The notes under the pieces: generated by a model
Databases searched by the model: none
Seen by the model: only the letters and a program-made list of their open reading frames with translations
Told to the model about the DNA's origin: nothing
Shown here: positions 56,721-64,000 of the stretch, piece by piece
Numbering within the stretch: position 1 is the first letter of the stretch
Layout: each line of letters begins with the position of its first letter
Assembly: GCA_963664405.1 (NCBI GenBank)
Contig: OY761158.1
Coordinates: 5,600,001-5,664,000, forward strand
Direction: 5' to 3'
Length of the DNA stretch: 64,000 nt
From: Thermoanaerobaculia bacterium
Lineage (GTDB): Bacteria; Acidobacteriota; Thermoanaerobaculia; Multivoradales; Multivoraceae
Made by a program: the position numbers and the translations under genes

Positions 56721-57601
56721 GCGAAACCGGAAATCGACGTCTTCGAGCCGGCGTCCTAATCGTCGTTCTGGCCCTTGTTGGTTGGTCGTCTTTCGTCGTC
56801 GTGCCGGAGACCGAGATGGCGATACTGACTCTTTTCGGCAAGCCGACGCGAGTGCTTCGCGAGGCAGGTTTCTATTTGAAGTGGCCGGTCGAAAGCCGCA
56901 TCCGCTTCGATAAGCGAGTTGCCGTCTATGACCCTCGGCCTTCCGAGTTCCTCACCCGTGACAAGAAGAATCTGGTGGTGGATAGCGCGGTGCTCTGGCG
57001 AGTCGAAGAGCCTCTACTTTTTCTCGAGACAGTCGGTGACGAGGTCGGTGCGGAGCTTCGTCTTCACGATGTGGTCTGGGCGGCCTTGGCGGCAGCGATC
57101 GGGCGGGTGGAGCTTTCGGACCTGGTGTCTGTGGAACCCGAGGCAGTGAGGTTGAGTGAGGTGACCGGGTCGGTGCGCGATGCGGCTTCGATGGTAGCGT
57201 CGGAGCGGCTCGGGATCGACATTCTCGATGTTCAGCTCAAGCGCCTGGGTTTTCCGGAGCAAAACAAGCAGTCGGTCTTTGCGCGTATGCGGGCGGAGCG
57301 CGATCGGATCGCCAAGGAGTATCGGGCTCAGGGACGGGAGCAGGCGATGGCGATTCAGGCCGAGGCGGACAAGCAACGCGAAGTGATCCTGGCCGAGGCC
57401 TATGAGCAAGCCGAAAAAGTGCGAGGCGAGGGGGACGCTGAGGCCACTCGCATCTATGGCGAGGCGCACTCGAAGAGCCCACGCTTCTACAAGTTCGTCC
57501 GTACTCTGGAGTCATATCGCAAGATCTTGGACGAAGACACCACGGTGATTCTTTCGTCGGATTCGGAGCTTCTGAAGCTTCTGACCGAGGGACAACCCTG
57601 A
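56717..57601 (+). CDS. hflC: HflC-family SPFH protein
   Basis: N-terminal TM, FDKR, LTRDKKNLVVD, VFARMRAER, FYKFVRTLESY; ATGA overlap. Confidence 0.88.
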
Positions 57602-57604
57602 TCG

Positions 57605-58588
57605 ATGCCACGACTCGAGGCATTCAAGAACTTCCTCCGAGCGATGAGCGCTCCCGCGGGCGGCTCCTTGCCGAAGTGGCGGATTCTCTTCGGCTCGCTC
57701 GCCGTTCTCTGCGCGATTTGGGGGCTGTACTTCGTGCCTGCCGATCAGCAGGCAGTGGTGATGCGGCTGGGTCGGGTGGTGCGCACGCAGGTTACGCCCG
57801 GCGTGCACTGGACCTGGCCCCCTCCGGTCGGAAGAGTGGTCAAGTTCCGCGCCCGCGAGACTCGGCGTCTGACGGTGGGGTTCTCCGCCCCGGACCGAGC
57901 CCTCGGCAGGGACCCCGCTCCCAGCCTGACGCAGTTTCTGACCGGCGACCGCAACATCATCACGGTTCGTTTGGTGGCGCAATTCGCGGTCAAGGACGCG
58001 GTCTCGTTCCTCTTCGACTTCAGGGACGTCGACGAGCTGGTCCGGAGCACGGCCGAGACGGCGCTTTCAGCAGTGGTGACCCGTCGCGGCGTCGACAATC
58101 TGCTAACGACGGAGAAGGTTGCGGTTCAGCAAGACGTTCATCTTCTATGCCAGGAACTTCTCGACAGCTATGGGGCCGGTGTTTCGATCCTGGGCATGAG
58201 CCTCGAATCGATCAGTCCCCCCGAGCAGGTGCGTGAGGCTTTCAACGATGTCGCCAGTGCTCGCGAGGATCGCGATCGAATCGTGCGCGAGGCACAGAGT
58301 TATGCCAATGAGATCCTGCCTCTGGCGCGGGGCGAGGCGATCAGGGAGATGCGTGAGTCGGAGAGCTACAAAGAGAGTCTGACCCTGCGTGCGAGGGGCG
58401 ATGCTGCGCGTTTCAGCAGTCTCGCTCGAGAGTACGTGCGAGTGCCTGAGCTGACGGCGACGCGCCTGTACCTCGAGGCGATGGAGGAGGTCCTGCCACG
58501 GATGAAAAAGACCCTCGTCGAGGCCGGAACCAACAGCATCGACTTCGATTTCGTGCGGGCCTCACCCGCCTCGGGGGGAAGGCCCTGA
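57605..58588 (+). CDS. hflK: HflK-family SPFH protein
   Basis: TM, PGVHWTWPPP, FLTGDRNI, PPEQVREAFNDV, RLYLEAMEEVL. Confidence 0.88.
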   Translation: MPRLEAFKNFLRAMSAPAGGSLPKWRILFGSLAVLCAIWGLYFVPADQQAVVMRLGRVVRTQVTPGVHWTWPPPVGRVVKFRARETRRLTVGFSAPDRALGRDPAPSLTQFLTGDRNIITVRLVAQFAVKDAVSFLFDFRDVDELVRSTAETALSAVVTRRGVDNLLTTEKVAVQQDVHLLCQELLDSYGAGVSILGMSLESISPPEQVREAFNDVASAREDRDRIVREAQSYANEILPLARGEAIREMRESESYKESLTLRARGDAARFSSLAREYVRVPELTATRLYLEAMEEVLPRMKKTLVEAGTNSIDFDFVRASPASGGRP

Positions 58589-59049
58589 AGCGTCATCTGC
58601 CTACCCTGCTCACGATCGCCGTCGTACTCGTCGGGCTATGGTGGACCCAGACGCGGGAGTCGGCGCCGAGTGAAGAGAGTGAGCCGCAGGCGGTTGTGTG
58701 GCGCATGATCGACGAGTCGAAGGCGGCGGACATCGAGGGCTACCTGAGCTGCTTCAGCGGCGATCTTCGCGAGCGCCTGGAGGCGAATCTCCGCCAGATG
58801 GGTGAGGAGGGCTTTCGTGCCTACCTACGAGATCGTCTTGCGGAGCTCAAAGGAGTAGCGATCTACGACGTCGAAGAAAGCGACGCAGAGGCTTCGCTCA
58901 CGGTCGAGTACGTCTTCGCCGAGGAGAGCGAGCGCCAGAGTATGCGCCTGGAGAGGACCCGAGGCACCTGGCGCATCGCCGGAGCCGACGCCTCCCGCCG
59001 CGAGCGCTCCCTAATCCCTTACGGCACTCCCATCGAACAAGCCGAGTAG
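58585..59049 (+). CDS. Membrane-anchored small protein (NTF2/DUF4878-like)
   Basis: CTG at 58585 gives KRHLPTLLTIAVVLVGLWW TM; DIEGYLSCF...LERTRGTWRI pattern. Confidence 0.6.
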   Translation: MKRHLPTLLTIAVVLVGLWWTQTRESAPSEESEPQAVVWRMIDESKAADIEGYLSCFSGDLRERLEANLRQMGEEGFRAYLRDRLAELKGVAIYDVEESDAEASLTVEYVFAEESERQSMRLERTRGTWRIAGADASRRERSLIPYGTPIEQAE

Positions 59050-59067
59050 GGGTCGTCCTTCGGCGGT

Positions 59068-59223
59068 CGTTGTCGCCGGGGCCGGCCGCAGGGGGGCGTT
59101 GGGGACCGGGCTGCTTCGCGTGTTGGAGAGGCTCCTGGTTGTGAGGCTGCATTGCGGTCTAATAATTATGCTTCGCAGCCCGGTCCCCAACGCCCCTGGT
59201 GCGGCCTGCGACCCTGCCCCAAC
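59068..59223 (+). repeat. Hairpin repeat family, copy D
   Basis: 22-bp perfect IR GGGGCGTTGGGGACCGGGCTGC, 43-nt core, AATTATGCTTCGCA. Confidence 0.85.
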
Positions 59224-59407
59224 GAAGGCGGGCGGCCGTCAATTGCGGCTCGACAGATCGACCACTCGTTGTCGCAGATCTACACGAGCGCCAGGTGCGG
59301 TCCCGTGACGTGACGCGCCCGGCTAGCGTTTTCGGGGCGAGTTCTCGAAGGCAGAGCGGCGGAGGCCAAACGGCTGGACTCGCTCAGGTGGGGGGAGGGC
59401 ACCGTCT

Positions 59408-59565
59408 GTTGGGGCAGTAGCGCAGGTCGCTCTCGGGGCATCGGGGGGGCGGGCTACGCAGCATAATTATTAGACCGCAACACGGCTTCACGACCAGGAG
59501 CCTTTCCAGCGCGCGAAGCAGCCCGCCCCCCCGATGCCCCCTCGCGGCCGGCCCTTGCGACAACG
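59408..59565 (-). repeat. Hairpin repeat family, copy E
   Basis: Near-perfect IR GGGGCATCGGGGGGCGGGCTGC; 43-nt core similar to copy D; AATTATGCT. Confidence 0.85.
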
Positions 59566-59654
59566 ATCGCCGGAGCCCGTACGTGCTACCATCCGCTCGC
59601 CGATTTTGGGTAGTTTTCCTCAATTTTACACTTCATTTTCGGGGCTAGAAGACA

Positions 59655-60635
59655 ATGACTGAACCTATTCGTATCGCTGTTACCGGTGCCGCCGGGCAGA
59701 TTGGGTATGCACTCACTTTCCGCATTGCGGCCGGTGAGATGTTGGGACCCGATCAGCCGGTGAGCCTGCATCTCTTGGAGATCCCTCCCGCTATGGATGC
59801 CCTTCAGGGGACGGTAATGGAGCTGCGTGACAGTGCTTACCCCCTGCTCCACGACATCGTTGCCACCGACAATGCCGACGAGGCTTTCGCGGGCGTGAAT
59901 GTGGCCATGTTGGTCGGCGCTCGGCCGCGAGGGCCCGGGATGGAGCGCAAGGACCTCTTGAGCGCCAATGGGGCGATCTTCACCGCACAGGGGAAGTCCT
60001 TGAACGACCATGCCGATCCCGGGGTCCGAGTGCTGGTTGTCGGCAACCCCGCGAATACGAACTGCCTGATTGCCCGCTCCAACGCCCCAGACCTCGACCC
60101 GCGGAACTTCACTGCAATGACTCGTTTGGACCACAATCGGGCGAAGACACAGTTGGCGGAGAAGACCGGTCTGCACGTCAACGACGTCAGTCGGATGACG
60201 ATCTGGGGCAACCACTCCGCGACCCAGTACCCCGACATCAGCCATGCCACGGTCAACGGGAGTCCGGCGAGCGAGCAGGTCGACCCTGCCTGGGTGAGAG
60301 AGACCTTCATCCCCACCGTGCAGCAGCGGGGCGCGGCAATCATTCAAGCGCGCGGAGCTTCCTCCGCCGCCTCGGCTGCCGCAGCCGCGATCGACCACAT
60401 ACGCACTTGGGTCAACGGTACCGCCGAAGGCGACTGGGTCTCGATGGCAGTGACCAGCGACTCCTCCAGCTACGGCGTCAAGCCCGGCGTAGTCTTCTCC
60501 TACCCAGTGACCTGCGCCAACGGCGACTGGGCGATCGTAGAGGGTCTCCCCATCGACGACTTCAGCCAGTCCAAGCTCGCCGCCACCGAAGCCGAGCTCT
60601 TCGAAGAGCGCTCAGCGGTTGAAGATCTGCTGTGA
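59655..60635 (+). CDS. mdh: Malate dehydrogenase
   Basis: [49 protein letters not shown]. Confidence 0.96.
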   Translation: MTEPIRIAVTGAAGQIGYALTFRIAAGEMLGPDQPVSLHLLEIPPAMDALQGTVMELRDSAYPLLHDIVATDNADEAFAGVNVAMLVGARPRGPGMERKDLLSANGAIFTAQGKSLNDHADPGVRVLVVGNPANTNCLIARSNAPDLDPRNFTAMTRLDHNRAKTQLAEKTGLHVNDVSRMTIWGNHSATQYPDISHATVNGSPASEQVDPAWVRETFIPTVQQRGAAIIQARGASSAASAAAAAIDHIRTWVNGTAEGDWVSMAVTSDSSSYGVKPGVVFSYPVTCANGDWAIVEGLPIDDFSQSKLAATEAELFEERSAVEDLL

Positions 60636-60670
60636 CGTTGTGCGTGGCTGGGGCCTCCGAGACGAGGCTC

Positions 60671-60853
60671 TGTCGCGAGGGGCCGGAGGCAGGCGGGGTG
60701 CTCCTAGACGGGAACGGCGGCCGCTCCTATGAGTTCGTTCAGCGGTGATGCGGCCGCCTCCTGTTCCACTCGCTCCCATCGGAATCCCCTCCGCCAGCAC
60801 TCTTGTGGCGCTCGATCCACAGGCCCCTTTCTAGGAGCACCCCGCCTGCCTCC
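60671..60853 (+). repeat. Divergent hairpin element G
   Basis: TGTCGC..GGGGCC leader shared with the family; 24-bp perfect IR GGAGGCAGGCGGGGTGCTCCTAGA (60685-60708 / 60830-60853). Confidence 0.7.
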
Positions 60854-61017
60854 TCTCTCCCTTGCAGACTTCGCCAAGGCCGTTACCGAGAAGCGCCCGG
60901 ACGGCTGGCGCCCAGACCCGATGGTGACGGGAGCCCCGACCCCCCCCACAAGTCCCTGGTGACCACCGCCGCTGCTTACCTAAAGCGATTGACAAAGAGC
61001 ACCGAGCCTGTAGCCGC

Positions 61018-61183
61018 CTAGACCAGCGTTTCCAAAGTTCGCGCACATATCTCGGCCCCTTCTGTCCGCTGGCGGCGTTTCGCCTCCTCGACATATTGCC
61101 CAATATGCCTGCGTCGGCGCGCCTGGCCAGCGAACAGAATGAGCTCGAGCTATTGCACACGAACTTTGGAAACGCTGGTCTAG
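61018..61183. mobile_element. MITE (166 bp) with 24-bp perfect terminal inverted repeats
   Basis: CTAGACCAGCGTTTCCAAAGTTCG ... CGAACTTTGGAAACGCTGGTCTAG; no transposase inside. Confidence 0.8.
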
Positions 61184-61231
61184 CTTGACGCACACGACGC
61201 CGGGTGGGGGACCTAAGCCGTCGAGGGTGGA

Positions 61232-61361
61232 GGCCGCATCAGGGGGTCTTGGGGGCCGGGGTGCGGAGCATAACTATTAGGTCGCACTGCGGCTTCACAA
61301 TCCAGCCATCTCCGAAGCGCGCAGCACCCCGGGGCCCCCAAGGCCCCCACCGCGGCCGGCC
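61232..61361 (-). repeat. Hairpin repeat family, copy F
   Basis: Imperfect IR GGGGGCCTTGGGGGCC(CC)GGGGTGC, 42-nt core, AGTTATGCTCCGCA. Confidence 0.8.
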
Positions 61362-61435
61362 GCCCCGCGCGCCCTGTAGGTCCACACGCCGCTGTTTGAG
61401 CGCCCCAGCCGCGCGCCCCAGGCGAGCCGAGCCTG

Positions 61436-62773
61436 CTACTGATTCGAGATGCGGTAGAGCTTGGTGCGGGTGCGGATGTAGAGGCCGCCGTCGGCGATGG
61501 CGGGGGTGGACATGGACATTTCGTCGAGCGAGTTCTTGGCTACGACCTCGAACTCCTTGCCTGAGTCGATGACAAAAGTGTCGCCGTCTTCGCTGAGGAC
61601 GAAGATCTTGCCGTTGTAGGCCCAGGGGCTGGCGGTGAAGGCCGCCGCGCCGCGCTCGATGCGTTGCTTGCCATAGATCTCGTCGCCGGTCTTGGCGTCG
61701 TGCATGGTGAAGAAGCCACGATCGAGAAGGGTGTAGAAATAGTTGCCGTAGACCAGGGGGGTGGGGTTGTAGGCGCCGGCCTGGGGCAGGAACCAGACGA
61801 TCCACTCGTTGGAGCTCGCCCCCTCGGCGAGTGTGATGTCGCCAGAGGCCCCCGGCCGAATGGCGAAGACGGGCCTTTTTTGGTCGCCGACGTAGCCGGA
61901 GCTGACATAGAGGAAACCGTGAGCGGTGAAAGGCTGCGGAATCGCGATCGACGACATGCCGCCGAACTCCCATAGGAGCTCACCGTCGAGGCCGTATGAG
62001 CGCACCCGGTCGGTACCGGCAGTGATCACCTCTGAGCGCTGGTCGTTTTCCCAGACAAAAGGCGTGGCCCAGTTCGAGCCCTCTTCTCGCTTCGCCTGCC
62101 AGCGTTCCTCGCCGGTCTTCTTGTCGAGCGCAGCGATGTAGGACTGCTCTTCATTGTCGTTGACGATGAAGAGCAGGTCGCCGTGCAGGATCGGCGAAGT
62201 GGCTGTCCCCCATCCGTAGCGGGTCTTGATGGCGCCAAGCGCCTTTTCCCAGACGACGTCGCCACTCCCCGCGTCGAGAGCGTAAACACCGGCGCTACCG
62301 AAATAGGCGTAGACGGTCTTGCCGTCGGTCACCGGGGTCTCCGAGGCGTAGGTGTTCTTGAGGTGCCGGGGGAAGGCTGGAGCGCCGGATTTGACGGTCT
62401 TCTCCCATACCTTTGCGCCCGACTCGGTGTCGAAAGCAAATACCCGCCAGTGATGGATATCCTTGGAGGGCTCGGGTCGATTACCGCCGAAGTAGAGGCC
62501 CTTCTTCGGTTCCTCGATCTTGCCTTCGCTGACCACCGTGGTCACGAAGACTCGATTGCCCCACACCACCGGCGACGACCATCCCAGACCGGGTACCTCG
62601 ACCTTCCACGCGATGTTCTCGGTGGTGCTCCAGGTCTCCGGCAGGCGAGGGTCGTTTTCGGCCTGACTCATGGCATCGGCACCACGAAAACTGGGCCAGT
62701 TGTCGGAAAGGGCCGCCGCGCAGCCCGCAATGAGGACGTCGATGGCGAAAAGACGAAAGCAGTTACGAATCAT
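61436..62773 (-). CDS. PQQ-binding-like beta-propeller protein
   Basis: NWPSFRG, GWSSPVVWG, GTATSPIL, FTASP, STPAIADG. Confidence 0.85.
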   Translation of the reverse strand: MIRNCFRLFAIDVLIAGCAAALSDNWPSFRGADAMSQAENDPRLPETWSTTENIAWKVEVPGLGWSSPVVWGNRVFVTTVVSEGKIEEPKKGLYFGGNRPEPSKDIHHWRVFAFDTESGAKVWEKTVKSGAPAFPRHLKNTYASETPVTDGKTVYAYFGSAGVYALDAGSGDVVWEKALGAIKTRYGWGTATSPILHGDLLFIVNDNEEQSYIAALDKKTGEERWQAKREEGSNWATPFVWENDQRSEVITAGTDRVRSYGLDGELLWEFGGMSSIAIPQPFTAHGFLYVSSGYVGDQKRPVFAIRPGASGDITLAEGASSNEWIVWFLPQAGAYNPTPLVYGNYFYTLLDRGFFTMHDAKTGDEIYGKQRIERGAAAFTASPWAYNGKIFVLSEDGDTFVIDSGKEFEVVAKNSLDEMSMSTPAIADGGLYIRTRTKLYRISNQ

Positions 62774-62893
62774 AGGGGTCTCCGGAGTGTCCGCTTAGCG
62801 AGGGACTTGGATCAACTGCAAGCTTAGCGCAAAAGGAGGCGCCAAGCGGCCTGGCTTTGCCGGAAGCGACCTCCGCCATGGCGGCGTCTTCCG

Positions 62894-64000
62894 CTACGGC
62901 GGCGTCCACTCGTAGATCAGCAGGACCGGCTCCCCGTCTACGCTCCAGCTCTGGAGAGGATCCAATCGCCTGAGGCAGTCGTCGATGAGCGGGTTTCTCC
63001 AGTCGTTCCGAAGTACGAACATCACATAGACGCGGCGCTCGCGCGACAGCCCCTCCATGATCTCGAAGGTGTCTGGGCGCAGATCGGGTCCCTCGTGGCG
63101 GGAGATGTCGAGAAGGCCGATGTCGGTCCTGAGCCGCACCGGAGCGACCAGCTGCACGGTGTGCTCGAGGATGGGCACCGCCAGCGCCGTTCCCTGGGGA
63201 GCGTTGTTGTTGAGCCAGTCCATCCCCAGGCGATAGCTGGTACCCCAGTAGTCGCCTGCTTGAGGGATCCCGTTCTTTCTCGCACCACTCAGACCCCCAG
63301 CCAGCTCGTTCCAATAAGCCAACTCCAGAGGGTGGAGCCGGGCCACAGCCATTGCACCGGGGGCGAGAGCGAGGACTATGACGGTCGTCGCGGCCAGGCG
63401 GCGAGCTCGGCCGGGGAGAGGGTCCGTCCCGCAAATCTTTCGGTAGAGCCAGGAAGCACCGACGCCCGCAACGATAGCGAAGGCTGGGAAGGCTTCGAGA
63501 AAGTGACGCACACCATCGAAGTTGACCGCGTTCGGAAGGTAGAGACGCCCGATAACGACCACGATCCATGCCAGCGGCAAGAGGTACTTGGGGTCCCGGG
63601 TCGACACGCGGCCGATACAGATCGCCATTCCAAGCACCAGCAGAACCAAGAACAGCACCGGAGTGGTCAGGGCTACCGCGCCCAGCGGCGACGCGATGCT
63701 TTCCGGTCGAGTGTCGAAGAGGCGCAGGGCGATGTAGTGCAGATGGAGTCTTGCGCCGGCGATCGGGGCCGGCCATAGGTAGGGCCAGAGCGCGAAGACG
63801 AGTGCCGGCCCCAGCAGCCCGGCTCCGAGCAGGGAGCTCCAGAGGAGCCTGCGACGACCCTTCCATGCCGTGGGCTCGCCGGCAGTGAGCACCAGTAGCA
63901 GAATGATGGGAGGCAGGAAGAGCGCGTTCGCCTTGGTGCCGAGCGCCAAGCCCCAGATCAGCCCCGCCCCCAGCACGCCTCTCGCCGACCCCCGCTCCCA
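62894..64000 (-). CDS. GT-C (PMT/ArnT-like) membrane glycosyltransferase, 5'-truncated by window edge
   Basis: GLALGTK, WPYLW, FDGVRHFL, YWNELAGG, DYWG; frame open to nt 64000. Confidence 0.65.
   Translation of the reverse strand, partial: WERGSARGVLGAGLIWGLALGTKANALFLPPIILLLVLTAGEPTAWKGRRRLLWSSLLGAGLLGPALVFALWPYLWPAPIAGARLHLHYIALRLFDTRPESIASPLGAVALTTPVLFLVLLVLGMAICIGRVSTRDPKYLLPLAWIVVVIGRLYLPNAVNFDGVRHFLEAFPAFAIVAGVGASWLYRKICGTDPLPGRARRLAATTVIVLALAPGAMAVARLHPLELAYWNELAGGLSGARKNGIPQAGDYWGTSYRLGMDWLNNNAPQGTALAVPILEHTVQLVAPVRLRTDIGLLDISRHEGPDLRPDTFEIMEGLSRERRVYVMFVLRNDWRNPLIDDCLRRLDPLQSWSVDGEPVLLIYEWTPP

Noticed and set aside
60854-61017. Protein-like fragment with a C8 tract before the MITE
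   Set aside because: Too short, no start and no recognisable family
61261-61290. GCGGAGCATAA as the XerC arm of a dif site
   Set aside because: No TTATGTTAAAT-like XerD arm 6 bp away in any copy

Overview
GC-rich, gene-dense bacterial chromosomal window. The gene style (CRTAC1/ASPIC, TPR, PEGA, YfbK-VWA and PQQ-propeller proteins) suggests Acidobacteriota or similar, but this is inference only. Housekeeping content: glcDEF, cbpA-clpB, ferredoxin, hemL, recA, murB, MoxR-DUF58-transglutaminase, sigma54-driven amtB-glnK-glnA, desaturase, ligA, mdh. No rRNA, tRNA, CRISPR array or intact transposase was recognised. Highlights: (1) a four-gene operon at 53628-59049 in which a His-rich P1B heavy-metal ATPase is fused in frame to a full HflK/SPFH domain and followed by hflC, a second hflK and a small membrane-anchored protein, suggesting an SPFH cage built around a metal pump instead of FtsH; (2) a dispersed intergenic hairpin repeat family (6 copies plus 1 relative) with co-varying ~22-bp arms, a 42-43-nt core and a conserved AATTATGCTYCGCA motif, mostly in inverted pairs; (3) a decaying patch at 27.8-29.8 kb (poly-G frameshift, sigma/anti-sigma deletion chimera, internally deleted spondin gene); (4) an atypical ClpX-like ATPase; (5) a 166-bp MITE. 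All calls come from motif reading by eye; no database searches were run.
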